A stretch of 64,000 nt of DNA from an uncultured virus (IMG/VR IMGVR_UViG_3300008266_000310) (taxonomy: Duplodnaviria > Heunggongvirae > Uroviricota > Caudoviricetes): the IMG/VR virus record IMGVR_UViG_3300008266_000310; one strand, given 5' to 3'. Made by a program: the position numbers and the translations under genes. The notes beneath the pieces are model-generated. The model ran no database searches. It was not told where the DNA came from and saw nothing but the letters and a program-made list of their open reading frames with translations. This document shows positions 21,750-31,675 of this stretch, one piece after another (the stretch's first letter is position 1; each line of letters begins with the position of its first letter).

Positions 21750-23426
21750 TTAGCTAGCTTGAGCTACCTGAAGGTCAGATACATTCACCTTACCATAGTA
21801 CTCAGGACGGATCATCTTCTTAGCGTAACGAGTCATAATACCTTTCCTTGGAGTGAAGGTATTTGGATCGTACACCAACGGAGTCATGATCAATGGTACG
21901 TACGGGGCATAAACGGCACCACATTCAAGGAATTGGTTACCACGGAAGCCCATAAGGATTGTATTTTCAGTCATGTATGGGTTCTTGTAAACCTTATAAC
22001 GACTATTGAGAGCACCGATCTTCTGTACGCCGAATGCATACTTCATAGTGTCTGCTGCACCGTCTGTATCAGCTGCAAATCCAGGAATAGATTCCAAGAT
22101 AGTAGCTACAGTTGGAGAACATACAAGGAAGTTAGCACCACCGCGAAGAGTCAACTGGTGGATCTTATTAGATACAGCTTGAAGCTTAATACCTAAAGTT
22201 TGGAACCAAGACATTTGGTTGTAGTAAGCACCAGCAGTATTAGTTACGAAGGCGTTACCAGCAGCATTGATTTGGTTACCGATTTGAGCAGACCAGTTAG
22301 CAGTAGTTTGAGCGTTCTCGATAAGCATATCGAGGATCTCAAGATCAATCTCAAGAGAGATGTACTCAGAAAGCATACCAGTCAATTCAGCTTCAGCATC
22401 AAGAGAATGGTAAGCATTCAAATCTTGAGCGAATTCTGGAGTCCATTGTGCTTTCAACTTACGAGTTTTAGCAGAAATGGTTTCAGATTTCATCTGAACG
22501 TTGATCTCAGGGATCACGATTTCAGAATCAGAAGCAGCGTTCGGGTTAGAGAACGGAGTTGGGGTATCATTAGGAGCATCTTCGAAGTCACCACGAGTTT
22601 GGAAGTTGGTAGCTTTATTGTACCATACCCAAAGTGAAGAAGTGGCTGCAACTGCTTGAGTAGTAGAAGCAGTAACGTAGAAGAGGATATTACCGCCAGA
22701 AAGTGCTGTAAACTCGTTAAGAGTAGTACTTGGATTGAGGTTAACACTAGCGCTTAATTCGAAAGCACGGATACCGTTAAGGTCTGGTGTGCTTAAAGAA
22801 GCGGTAGGTACAGCAATCTGCTTAATCTCACCAGCAACGATTGAACTAGAGTAGATGGTGTTGAAGTTAACGTTCTGGAAGGATGCAGTAGTTAAGGTTA
22901 CTGTACCTGCAGAAGCAGAAAACTGGTTGATAGAATAGCCATAACGGCCAGTTCCGTAAAGACCACCTTCAGCTAAGTTACCGAATCCGCTGTTAGGAGT
23001 TTGGTTCAAAGTACCGTAAACGGATTGACCAGCTACGAACGGCTTAGGAACGTTGTTACCATACTGGAAGTCTAAGTAGAATACTAGACCGGCAGGTAGG
23101 TTCATTGGCTGTACAGAAACGAATTCTTTAGAAGCGATCTGACCGAAGATCTTACGAACAAGAGGAAGAGCAACACCAGCCCACTGCTCACCATTACCTG
23201 GTGTGAAAGTAGCACCGTTGGTTACGTTACCACCAGTAGAAGATTGTTCCATTACGAGTTGCTTAGCTTGGTTTTCAAGAATAACGGCCATGTTATTACG
23301 GTCGTAATCTTTTAAACCTTCAAGAAGGCCAGATTTGGCCCACTTCTTGGCAAGCTTCTGGCTAGTACCCAACTGATCTTGGTATGGGTTAGCACTTTCA
23401 AGAAGTGATTGTACGAGGTTTGACAT
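21750..23426 (-). CDS. gp23: Major capsid protein (T4 gp23-like)
   Basis: AVILENQ, LPLVRK, VSVQPMNLPAGLVFYL, AKTRKLKAQWTPEFAQDLNAYHSLDAEAEL, YAPYVPL, FTPRKGIMTRY. Likely start MSNLVQSLLE at 23426 rather than 23495. Confidence 0.95.
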   Translation of the reverse strand: MSNLVQSLLESANPYQDQLGTSQKLAKKWAKSGLLEGLKDYDRNNMAVILENQAKQLVMEQSSTGGNVTNGATFTPGNGEQWAGVALPLVRKIFGQIASKEFVSVQPMNLPAGLVFYLDFQYGNNVPKPFVAGQSVYGTLNQTPNSGFGNLAEGGLYGTGRYGYSINQFSASAGTVTLTTASFQNVNFNTIYSSSIVAGEIKQIAVPTASLSTPDLNGIRAFELSASVNLNPSTTLNEFTALSGGNILFYVTASTTQAVAATSSLWVWYNKATNFQTRGDFEDAPNDTPTPFSNPNAASDSEIVIPEINVQMKSETISAKTRKLKAQWTPEFAQDLNAYHSLDAEAELTGMLSEYISLEIDLEILDMLIENAQTTANWSAQIGNQINAAGNAFVTNTAGAYYNQMSWFQTLGIKLQAVSNKIHQLTLRGGANFLVCSPTVATILESIPGFAADTDGAADTMKYAFGVQKIGALNSRYKVYKNPYMTENTILMGFRGNQFLECGAVYAPYVPLIMTPLVYDPNTFTPRKGIMTRYAKKMIRPEYYGKVNVSDLQVAQAS

Positions 23427-23451
23427 TTTTAAAATGTTTAGTTTTGAGAAA

Positions 23452-24717
23452 TTATTTAATTCCAGCAAGTTGCTGCCATCTTGATACGAAGGCATCAGCT
23501 TCTACGATTGGCCTAGCTGGAGCGTGACCAATTGGTTTTGATGCAAAACCTACAGACTCCTTAAGGGAGCTCTTTTTAGTCTCAGCGCTAACAGATTCAA
23601 GTAAAGTCCTGTAAGTATTTTCTACTTCTTTAACAGACTCAGCTCTATCAAATGCGTTGATAACTTTTGTCTTTTGGGCTTCAGAAAGATTCTTAGCTTT
23701 AAAGATTTTGTTAACGTAGAGAAGCTTGGCACTAAACAAGTTGATTTCGTTTAACTCGGTTTTAAGAGTTTTAATAGTCTTAACGGCTTCGTTAAGTTCT
23801 TTTTTCATCTGTTCAACCTTGTAAACATCACCAGCTTTAGAATCAATCTGTCCGCCAGGAATTTCACCGGCAGCAGCACCTTCTTCTACTTTACTTTCTT
23901 CTTCAAGTTCAGCAAGAATTTCATCAAGTGAAATTTCATCGCTCTCTCCTTCTTCGCCGCCTAAATCAGCAGCAAGGTCGGTATCGGCATCAAGAGCAGG
24001 ACCCATATCAGCACCACCTTGTAGTTGCATGAATACATCACGAATGATGTCTTTCAAATCTCCTACGGTAATGTCTACTACTTCTTGCTCATCTCCAACA
24101 GCTTCCATGTCTTTGGTAAAGTTCATACCAGCTTTTTCAGCTTTGTCGTCTTTTTCCGCATCTTCCTCGTCTTCATCTTCTTCAGCTTCGTGAAGTTTGT
24201 GATCGCCGTGAGATACTTTGGCTTTTTCATTGTAACCGGTTCCGCCTTTGCCTTTCTTGCCGTCATATCCGTCAGATTTAACGTGACCTTCTTCGAGATC
24301 ACCTTCCATGTCTTCGGATAGAGCATTAAGCTCAGCGAGAATTTCTTCGAGAGTAGCTTCATCCATTTCTGAATGTTTTGCTTCACTCATAAAATCTTTT
24401 ACAAAATCATCTACTTCTTCTGCTGATTCCATAGAAGTAAATAGGTCCCATAAATTTGGGTTGTTTTCACTTTCTTCAGCATCGAAAATATTTTGCTCTA
24501 TTTCCTTAGCTTTTTCAGCGCCGTACTTTTGAGCAATGTAACTAGGTGCATAAAATTTACCTGTGCCTTCTTCTTCAGATAAAGTTTTAACCATGGTTTC
24601 CTTGATGAAAGGCTCAAAATGTTCGGCGAGAGTAGTTCTGGCGGCAGCCATAGCGGTCTCACGAACAGCCTTTGCGTCAAGGATTGCTTGTTTAAACAAT
24701 TCTTGATTTTCCATCAT
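23452..24717 (-). CDS. Prohead scaffold/core protein (gp22-like position)
   Basis: Highly acidic, coiled-coil, many L-x-E sites; directly upstream of the MCP; ends RWQQLAGIK. Confidence 0.7.
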   Translation of the reverse strand: MMENQELFKQAILDAKAVRETAMAAARTTLAEHFEPFIKETMVKTLSEEEGTGKFYAPSYIAQKYGAEKAKEIEQNIFDAEESENNPNLWDLFTSMESAEEVDDFVKDFMSEAKHSEMDEATLEEILAELNALSEDMEGDLEEGHVKSDGYDGKKGKGGTGYNEKAKVSHGDHKLHEAEEDEDEEDAEKDDKAEKAGMNFTKDMEAVGDEQEVVDITVGDLKDIIRDVFMQLQGGADMGPALDADTDLAADLGGEEGESDEISLDEILAELEEESKVEEGAAAGEIPGGQIDSKAGDVYKVEQMKKELNEAVKTIKTLKTELNEINLFSAKLLYVNKIFKAKNLSEAQKTKVINAFDRAESVKEVENTYRTLLESVSAETKKSSLKESVGFASKPIGHAPARPIVEADAFVSRWQQLAGIK

Positions 24718-24805
24718 TAAATTTGTTTCGGGAATTGCTAATTAGAGTGGTAGCAATATAAGGGGTATAAAAAAAATCAGACACCATATTAGGATGGCGT
24801 ACGAT

Positions 24806-24813
24806 CATAAATA
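24806..24813 (-). promoter_or_regulatory. Putative late promoter motif TATTTATG upstream of scaffold/MCP
   Basis: Plus strand cataaata in the intergenic region. Confidence 0.5.
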
Positions 24814-24853
24814 TCAGCCCAGAGAGGGAAACCTTGATTCTCAGTAAAAATTT

Positions 24854-25174
24854 TTAGGCTATACCGAAAGGTTCTCCTGTTACGCTGTGTACGGCTCTTC
24901 TAAATGCTTTTTGAAACTCTGATTGCAGTGTTTTTGCTAGAAGGTCTTGTAGTGGTTTATTATTTTTTAGTAACGCTATCTTACCGTTTCCTTCATCATG
25001 AAAAAACCCGTTTATTTCTACGAACATTACATCTTTTCCGTGTTCGTCGTCTATAGTAAGTCTTACAGAAGGAACATCATCGTAAACATTTGGATCGTCT
25101 AAGGAGGTTACTTCATTTTCAACAACACCTGCAAGTTCTTGCAGTCTTTTAATTTCGTTAAGTTGCTGTTTCAT
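24854..25174 (-). CDS. Hypothetical head-associated protein
   Basis: N-terminal LNEIKRLQELAGV resembles the scaffold C-terminus RWQQLAGIK. Confidence 0.6.
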   Translation of the reverse strand: MKQQLNEIKRLQELAGVVENEVTSLDDPNVYDDVPSVRLTIDDEHGKDVMFVEINGFFHDEGNGKIALLKNNKPLQDLLAKTLQSEFQKAFRRAVHSVTGEPFGIA

Positions 25175-25186
25175 TTTATTTTAGAT

Positions 25187-25816
25187 TTACTGAATACAGC
25201 AGATACCTGACTGCGTACAGATAATGTCGGAGATTAACCTATTAATAGAATTTTTAGTATTATCTTGGACTTGTGGGTTGTAACTTTCGTTTAATCCGTC
25301 TACTGGTTTTACATAAGCACCATATGTGGATGGTGTTGATACAAAATCCCAGCAAATTAATTCTAAATCATCCTCTACTTGCACTAAACCTTCACCAATT
25401 GGTGTTACCGATCCCATAGCACGGGAAGAAACACCTACATTAATGCCGTTTAAGAATAACTGCTTTAAAATATTTCCGGAAGGAGTATCTAAAATTTCAA
25501 ATTCACCGTAAAGGTCTTTTCCTTCCCACCATAACCTTGTAATGTTATGACAAACGTTCTTAAGATTAATAACAGAAGATTCTGGATGATCTAATTCACC
25601 AAGAGCTCTTCTCTCTAACACAGGTCCGTCAATATAAAGCTGTACTTGCTTGCGTAGGGTACCGTAGTCGTAAATACGATGATTTGCGTTTGGCTTGTCT
25701 GCTGCCTGTACCTTACCGGCTACGAGAAATTTTCCATTCGGATTTACTCTAGCCTCGCGAAGTTGTTGAGGCATAGGCTGGAAAGGAAGATACTCTATTA
25801 AGACTTGTTTGTTCAT
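25187..25816 (-). CDS. gp21: Prohead core protease (T4 gp21-like)
   Basis: NANHRIY, ALGELDHP, DTPSGNIL, GVSSRAMGSV, WDFVSTPS. Confidence 0.93.
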   Translation of the reverse strand: MNKQVLIEYLPFQPMPQQLREARVNPNGKFLVAGKVQAADKPNANHRIYDYGTLRKQVQLYIDGPVLERRALGELDHPESSVINLKNVCHNITRLWWEGKDLYGEFEILDTPSGNILKQLFLNGINVGVSSRAMGSVTPIGEGLVQVEDDLELICWDFVSTPSTYGAYVKPVDGLNESYNPQVQDNTKNSINRLISDIICTQSGICCIQ

Positions 25817-25817
25817 A

Positions 25818-27245
25818 CTATTTAACGTCTTTTGTGCCCGGAATTGCTTTCATTCCTGCTCTTGTAAGAGCGCTCTTACTTTGAGGACTTGTTGCTACAA
25901 TTGGTTTATCCGTTGTACTTGTAGGGTCGTCGTACAGCTCCTCTTTCATAGCTTTTACTATTTTCTCTTTCAAGCTTTTAAGCCTATTTTTTTTATCTTC
26001 CTCACTCTCTTTTACCTTTTCTGCTTCTTGTCTCTTCATGAAAGGACTATCTGGAATCCTACCAAACCTTTCGGCTGCTTCTGGATGCTGCGGGATTTCT
26101 TTTTTGGTAAGAATATTTACCTGTACGTGTTCTATAGAATCGTTATCCCACTTTACAGTAGCAGTATCTCCGTCAAATTCGGTAACATTACCTACTTGTG
26201 CAGCATCGTAACCCTTAAGCCCTTTTTTTTTAACTCTTGAACCTACGTTAATATGTTCGTGTTCGAGGTTGGGTTGCATTAATTCATCGAGAATATGCTC
26301 TTTCAAAGCCATTACCTTCTCTTTTCCTGGTGTAGCAAATGCTTCTAAATTACCTTTAGGAGCTTGAGTCATTACAGGTATCTTAGCTGTCTTTGATTTC
26401 CTAGCTTCTTTCTTTTCTAAAGTAGCTTCAGTGTTAGCTTTAGCATCCTTCTTCACAGTCTTCATCTCATTTGGCTTATCGACTAAGTTGTCTTTTTTGA
26501 CATCTTTCATCTCTAAATCCTTATCCATTTCTTTTACAGCCTTAAAATTAGCAAGCTGCAAATCTTTGTACGCATCAGGGTCTTTCAAGATATTATCAAC
26601 AACTTTCTTTCTTGCCTTAATGTAGTTCTCATCCGTAATTTCAGGCATTTTAGATAGTTCGTATTGAATTCCCTTATAGGCTTGGTAATAATTTACGTAG
26701 TCAATACCCCTATATTCATCCATTTCAGCATTCGGATTATGTCCGTAAACACCGATTGGTTTTTTAGCCTCATTTAAATTTTTATGAGATTTTCTAAATT
26801 CTTCTATGTTACTATATAAGTCTTCCCACCATTCATCATTGCTCATAGCTTTATTTGCTACTCCCTGAGCTATATCACTATCTTTTATGTAGTCTTTTAC
26901 TGCTTTTTCTACGTCTTTATCAATAAAATTACTAGGTAATAAATCCGCTATTTCTAACGCAACATTCTTAGGCGAAATCATTCTTTGATCAATAGACATC
27001 CCAGTTCCTGATGGTGTACGCTTATACATTCCCCACGTCATATCTTGTCCACCTGAATCATCTCCGTACTCCTTAATTACTGTTTCGGATAGTATACGTT
27101 TTCCTTTTAGAATCTTAATTGAATCATCAAAAGATGATACCGGAGATACGTGTTGAGGAAATTGCATACGTACATTACGCATAAAATTTGCCTTAGACAT
27201 CCTACCTTCTAAAAGGTCTTGGTATTGAGCTTGAATATTCTTCAT
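25818..27245 (-). CDS. Hypothetical charged head-region protein (475 aa)
   Basis: Long ORF in the head module; Lys/Glu-rich with several L-x-E sites; small SH3-like segment (VGSRVKK...VGNVTEFDGDTATVKWD). Confidence 0.65.
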   Translation of the reverse strand: MKNIQAQYQDLLEGRMSKANFMRNVRMQFPQHVSPVSSFDDSIKILKGKRILSETVIKEYGDDSGGQDMTWGMYKRTPSGTGMSIDQRMISPKNVALEIADLLPSNFIDKDVEKAVKDYIKDSDIAQGVANKAMSNDEWWEDLYSNIEEFRKSHKNLNEAKKPIGVYGHNPNAEMDEYRGIDYVNYYQAYKGIQYELSKMPEITDENYIKARKKVVDNILKDPDAYKDLQLANFKAVKEMDKDLEMKDVKKDNLVDKPNEMKTVKKDAKANTEATLEKKEARKSKTAKIPVMTQAPKGNLEAFATPGKEKVMALKEHILDELMQPNLEHEHINVGSRVKKKGLKGYDAAQVGNVTEFDGDTATVKWDNDSIEHVQVNILTKKEIPQHPEAAERFGRIPDSPFMKRQEAEKVKESEEDKKNRLKSLKEKIVKAMKEELYDDPTSTTDKPIVATSPQSKSALTRAGMKAIPGTKDVK

Positions 27246-27248
27246 ACT

Positions 27249-27256
27249 AATAAATA
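27249..27256 (-). promoter_or_regulatory. Putative late promoter motif TATTTATT
   Basis: Plus strand aataaata 3 nt upstream of ATG 27245. Confidence 0.55.
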
Positions 27257-27257
27257 G

Positions 27258-27386
27258 TTATCGTCCTTGTCCTCGATAGTTTTTTTCACTCCTATCGTTT
27301 TTGTTAAATGATTTCTGTGCTTTTCCTTTTTTACGTTTTCCGAAAATAACTTTACGGCTATCTCCTTTTGCTGCGCCTTTTGCCAT
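27258..27386 (-). CDS. Small basic protein, 42 aa, ending YRGQGR (not in ORF track)
   Basis: Read by hand: MAKGAAKGDSRKVIFGKRKKGKAQKSFNKNDRSEKNYRGQGR*. Confidence 0.75.
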   Translation of the reverse strand: MAKGAAKGDSRKVIFGKRKKGKAQKSFNKNDRSEKNYRGQGR

Positions 27387-27410
27387 GACTTTTAATTTTA
27401 AAACAATAAT

Positions 27411-27848
27411 TTAAAAAATACCTTCAATACGTGCATTAATTTGATACTCGTCTAATCCATCTTGAATCACTTTTTCTAGTGCATCATACATCTCTTCGTC
27501 TTCTTGAAAAAACCAATATCCCTCGCGTGCATTCCACTCGCCATGTAACCCTGTCTCTTCTGCCATTTTACCTATTCTGGTATTATCTTCTATTGTCCTT
27601 CCGGTAACGTAGAGACCGGTTCTGTCGTCTCTTTCTAATTCATTAACTATACCGCCGTTAAAAAACTTTTTAAGCTTTTCATGAAGCTCGTAAGCTTCGT
27701 CGTCAGAGAGAGTTTTAGCTATTTCACTGATAGTCTCAATGAGGTCATCGTAAACTTCCTGCACCCTCTCACTGCTTTCATGCATTTTGATAGGAGCCGC
27801 TAATTTATTCTCTAGCAAAAACTGTTTTAAGTTAAAATTATCAGACAT
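27411..27848 (-). CDS. Hypothetical acidic protein with FNLKQFLLENKL leader
   Basis: ORF track; leader shared with 33081-33527. Confidence 0.65.
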   Translation of the reverse strand: MSDNFNLKQFLLENKLAAPIKMHESSERVQEVYDDLIETISEIAKTLSDDEAYELHEKLKKFFNGGIVNELERDDRTGLYVTGRTIEDNTRIGKMAEETGLHGEWNAREGYWFFQEDEEMYDALEKVIQDGLDEYQINARIEGIF

Positions 27849-27849
27849 T

Positions 27850-28824
27850 TTACTTTAATTGTCTTGTTTTAGAATAGATTTCGACTACTTTAGAATTGAT
27901 TCTCTCAAACATTTTTTTTGTGTTATGATTATATTCTAAAGTTTGTTCCCCTTCAGATAACTCAGCTCTCATTTGCTGAGCGTATTCTAGGATCTTTGAC
28001 ACCTCTGCAAGTCTGTTGTGAATCATTCTTACGGCTTCGTGCATTTGTTGATCTTTAGATCTAGTAGCGGCTTCTTTCTTAAATTTGGAATAGGCACGAG
28101 ATTCTTTTAAATCTTCTTCCTTCCAAAGCATATCAACATCTATACTTTTTAACTTCTTGCCAGCTTCTTCAGCATTTGGTGCTTTTGTAAAACCAACGCT
28201 AGAATAAGCAGAAAGATTCTTAGCACCCTGCTTAGTTGTTTTGGAAGGATCTCCGGCAAGACGCGGTGCATCTTCGTTTGTGTACCCCTCTAAGCCGCCT
28301 GCTACAGGATTATCTAAATCAAAGCCATCTCTCTTTAGTTTGGCTGCCATCTCTACAGCATTCTTAGCTACCATATCATAGGAAGGCTCTCCTTCAATTT
28401 GAGCATAGTAGGTTTTATCAGACTTCTTATATACGTTTGCAGTTCCGTCTATTCCTGAAAATATAGCTACATGTTCTTTTGAATCGAAAGTACCTTCTTG
28501 GTATTTCTTTTTTCTAGTACCTTCTGCATACTGTTCTCCGCTACCAGTTGGTCCTTGAGGATCCCAACTAGCACCGTCTGTTACACCGCCGCCTGTTGTA
28601 CTTCCTCCCCCTCCTCCTGATGTACTTGTTTCGCGTACACTTTTAACTGTTAATTTAGCTATCTCAATAGCACCTTCCGGTGTAATGTTTTTGGTTCTTA
28701 CCCCGCTCATTAAGACTTTAATAGCATCTTCACTAGTACCGAGATCTCTAAGAATAGATTCTAGAGAACTATACGCGTCTTCTATTTCTTCCAGTAAGTA
28801 CTGGGTTGCAAACTGATTATTCAT
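27850..28824 (-). CDS. Hypothetical head-region protein
   Basis: ORF track; Gly-rich linker, L-x-E sites, helical C-terminus. Confidence 0.65.
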   Translation of the reverse strand: MNNQFATQYLLEEIEDAYSSLESILRDLGTSEDAIKVLMSGVRTKNITPEGAIEIAKLTVKSVRETSTSGGGGGSTTGGGVTDGASWDPQGPTGSGEQYAEGTRKKKYQEGTFDSKEHVAIFSGIDGTANVYKKSDKTYYAQIEGEPSYDMVAKNAVEMAAKLKRDGFDLDNPVAGGLEGYTNEDAPRLAGDPSKTTKQGAKNLSAYSSVGFTKAPNAEEAGKKLKSIDVDMLWKEEDLKESRAYSKFKKEAATRSKDQQMHEAVRMIHNRLAEVSKILEYAQQMRAELSEGEQTLEYNHNTKKMFERINSKVVEIYSKTRQLK

Positions 28825-29675
28825 TATTTAATGTTCTTAAGTTCGCTGACTAGTTGATAATATTGCATTAAACCAATTAAAACTTCATCTTTAATTTGAT
28901 CATTAGCTCCTAAAGGCTTTATAAAGTTTAGGACCTCTTTCAACTTAATCTGCAATACTTTGTCTTGTGTACCTTCTTTTAGGGTAGAAAGTTCTGTCTT
29001 TACTTCTAGAAGTTTTGTATTAAGGTAGGTTCTTAACTTCTTTGTATCTGATACATTGTTAATATACTCTTTCAACAAATCTCTCTGCTCTGTAGATAAA
29101 CTAGCATACTTATCGTTAAATTTCTCTACGAGAATTTTATAGGCAAGAATTCTAATTTCTTTACTCTCTTTCATAAACTCCTCCACTACCCTAGAAGCTA
29201 CTTTTCTTTCAGTGAGGGTTTCTTTAGTGATATGTTCGAGAATAGCTAACTTGTTAGTAATGATCTGCTTAGTATTACTGCTCTTAGTAGAGAGTTGATT
29301 TTCTAACAAGGTATACACAGAAGCATATACCCTATAGGTGTCAATCTTTGCTTTAAAAAAATCATCGAGATCATAATGTTTTTTGATCTCTTTAATTAAA
29401 TTATACTTCTCTCTTCCTAGTTTTTCTCTATCAAGCTTTTTTGCCTGTTCAACAATAGTATTAATTAATACCTGAGCTTTTCCTTCGCTTAACTTTGGAG
29501 CATTTAATACAGTACTGTACAGATTGTACTCTCTTCCTAGTTCAGTATCTGTAAAATACTTTTTAAAAATCTTTACAGCTTTAGGATCTTTATTCAACAT
29601 AAGGTCAGAAGTAGCCTGCCTGACTAGTAGTTCAAATAAAACTCCTGTATTTTTATATTTGCTATGTTTAATCAT
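28824..29675 (-). CDS. Hypothetical protein downstream of the portal
   Basis: ORF track; MIKHSKYKNTGVLFELLVRQ start, helical. Confidence 0.7.
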   Translation of the reverse strand: MIKHSKYKNTGVLFELLVRQATSDLMLNKDPKAVKIFKKYFTDTELGREYNLYSTVLNAPKLSEGKAQVLINTIVEQAKKLDREKLGREKYNLIKEIKKHYDLDDFFKAKIDTYRVYASVYTLLENQLSTKSSNTKQIITNKLAILEHITKETLTERKVASRVVEEFMKESKEIRILAYKILVEKFNDKYASLSTEQRDLLKEYINNVSDTKKLRTYLNTKLLEVKTELSTLKEGTQDKVLQIKLKEVLNFIKPLGANDQIKDEVLIGLMQYYQLVSELKNIK

Positions 29676-29691
29676 TACTGTTAAGCTTACT

Positions 29692-29699
29692 AATAAATA
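29692..29699 (-). promoter_or_regulatory. Putative late promoter motif TATTTATT
   Basis: Plus strand aataaata between the portal stop and ATG 29675. Confidence 0.55.
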
Positions 29700-29707
29700 T
29701 CAATGTA

Positions 29708-31660
29708 TTATATTAAATCTGAATCTGGCTTAATACGTGATTCGTTGAGAAGATCACTCGTTTTTTGGTATAAGTTCACTCTTTTCTTCTCAAAAGCTTT
29801 AAAAGCTTCTCTATTCTGTAGATAAGTAGCTTTGGTTATACTACGGTCTTCCCTTAAAGATAATGGACTTCCGCCTGTAAACTTAGCTTTTAACCCACTT
29901 CCATTCTCTCCTGAGTTGGGTTTTGACTTTAGATCGTAAACCCCTAATCTATCTCTTCCGAGAGGATCGTCGTGTGTATTGATCAATGATACCTTACTTT
30001 CAGGTCTACCTGGAAGCTTTGTAGGTTCGTTAGGATTTGTTTCATCATATCCTTGCGGTACGTTATTTCCACCAAGAGGAGCTGTACCGTACCCGCCATA
30101 CATAGAAGCGATTTGATGCGGAGTTCCGTATGCTTGACCGCTCTCTGCTGGATCATTACCTTCTTCTTCTATTTGCTTAATTCGGAACGCTCTCTTCTTA
30201 TCTTCGACTACTAAATCACGGTATTCATCAAACTCTTCTTCAGAGAAGTGGAATAATTTATCGTAAATCCAGTCTGTAGGTAGGAAGTTAGTCTCCATCA
30301 TTTGAGTAGCTAAGTCCATCTTCTCTTTCATAAGAGCAATTCTTTCTTGCTCGTAGATAATAGAAGGAGTAGTTAGACTAAGATCAAAATTAGTCAAAGA
30401 TTCGTCGTCATACCCGTGTGCATAGAGATGTACAAGAGCTATCTTAGTTAATTCACTTAAGACAATTCGCTGAATCCTTTCAATAGTACGTGCAAATCGA
30501 ATATCTTCGGCAGCTAGAGTTGCTTTACCTGTTAAGTCTTTTTCGTATCCGAGGAAAGCTTTCGGTATTTTAAGGGCTGCAAATAATTTATTGAGTAGGT
30601 AGTTAATATCTTCTATACCATTATACTCAAGAGGAGGTGCATTGTCGATACGGGTCGAAGTATCATTACCGCGTACAGGAATGAAGAAATCTTCAAGCAT
30701 ATTCTGTACATTATAATTTAAATTATACTGACCTGTTTTTTGATCAACAAGAGGAGTCTTCTTCATCTTATTAATCATCCTCTGCATGTAGTTTTCAACT
30801 TCGTTTGGAGGAATAGCACCAACATTAACATAGAAAATACGACGCTGTGGGGCACGAGTAAGACGATGAATCATCATCGCATCCTCCATGAGTATGTACT
30901 GTTTGTACAACCTACGTCCTGGTTCGAGATAAGAACGGCCGTATGGTAGATAGTTTATATCACCAATCAACCTCAAATGTGCCATTTCGTAGTTATAGAA
31001 CGTAATACCAAGGTCTGTATTCTGATAAGAAGTCGAATACCCTGCAGTAGCTCCTAAAGCAGCAGTTGGGTCATACTTAAAAATTACCTCCGACGGGTTT
31101 GTAGGATTGGTACCTTCAAGCCTTACAATGTTATAGGCCGAAAATGGAATAACGTTGTACACTCCATACTTTTCTGCAACCTCTAACTTAAGGAAAAAAT
31201 CGCCATACTTACACATATTTCGAATCCAGAACCAGAGGTTAAACTCAATGTTGAGCACATCATAAAAAAGGCTTCGAAGTATCTTTTGAATGTTTTCATC
31301 TGCTGATCTAATTTGTATTACGTCTCCTTGTGAGTTTTTTAAAGTACATTCATCGGCGATAATATCAAGAGCGGAAGCAATAATCGGATCTGTATCCATT
31401 GCTTCATAGTCGGCGTAAATTTGTACGCGTGCACTCTGATAATTCTGAGAAAGGTTTAGATTTACACCATACGAAGTTGAGGTGGTGTATATACGGTTAA
31501 AGCGGTCTACAAGAGCGTTAGTCTGTAGTACACCGTTTACCTGTATATTATCTACGTCTACTGTTTTAAGCTCTCCTCCATCGTTTCTAATAATAACGTC
31601 TGTGGAAAAAAGTCTTTTTAGGGTAGAAAATAGATTTCTTTGTGGTTGTTGTTCTGCCAT
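29708..31660 (-). CDS. gp20: Portal protein (T4 gp20-like)
   Basis: ALDIIADE, LMEDAMMIHRLTRAPQRRIFYVNVGAIP, MLEDFFIPVRG, IEDINYL..KLFAALKIPK, EDIRFARTIERIQ. Confidence 0.95.
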   Translation of the reverse strand: MAEQQPQRNLFSTLKRLFSTDVIIRNDGGELKTVDVDNIQVNGVLQTNALVDRFNRIYTTSTSYGVNLNLSQNYQSARVQIYADYEAMDTDPIIASALDIIADECTLKNSQGDVIQIRSADENIQKILRSLFYDVLNIEFNLWFWIRNMCKYGDFFLKLEVAEKYGVYNVIPFSAYNIVRLEGTNPTNPSEVIFKYDPTAALGATAGYSTSYQNTDLGITFYNYEMAHLRLIGDINYLPYGRSYLEPGRRLYKQYILMEDAMMIHRLTRAPQRRIFYVNVGAIPPNEVENYMQRMINKMKKTPLVDQKTGQYNLNYNVQNMLEDFFIPVRGNDTSTRIDNAPPLEYNGIEDINYLLNKLFAALKIPKAFLGYEKDLTGKATLAAEDIRFARTIERIQRIVLSELTKIALVHLYAHGYDDESLTNFDLSLTTPSIIYEQERIALMKEKMDLATQMMETNFLPTDWIYDKLFHFSEEEFDEYRDLVVEDKKRAFRIKQIEEEGNDPAESGQAYGTPHQIASMYGGYGTAPLGGNNVPQGYDETNPNEPTKLPGRPESKVSLINTHDDPLGRDRLGVYDLKSKPNSGENGSGLKAKFTGGSPLSLREDRSITKATYLQNREAFKAFEKKRVNLYQKTSDLLNESRIKPDSDLI

Positions 31661-31664
31661 ATTT

Positions 31665-31672
31665 AATAAATA
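31665..31672 (-). promoter_or_regulatory. Putative late promoter motif TATTTATT upstream of portal
   Basis: Plus strand aataaata 4 nt upstream of ATG 31660. Confidence 0.55.
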
Positions 31673-31675
31673 TCT

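Noticed and set aside
21759..22747. Alternative-frame and antisense ORFs overlapping the capsid gene (and similar ones over scaffold, portal, terminase)
   Set aside because: They lie wholly within well-supported genes and have no recognisable motifs; codon bias explains them.
23427..23495. N-terminal extension of the major capsid protein in the ORF track
   Set aside because: It overlaps the scaffold gene end; ATG 23426 after an A-rich leader is the more plausible start.
24718..24853. tRNA or structured ncRNA in the longest head-module intergenic gap
   Set aside because: No cloverleaf or convincing long stem seen; the gap is consistent with a promoter and leader region.
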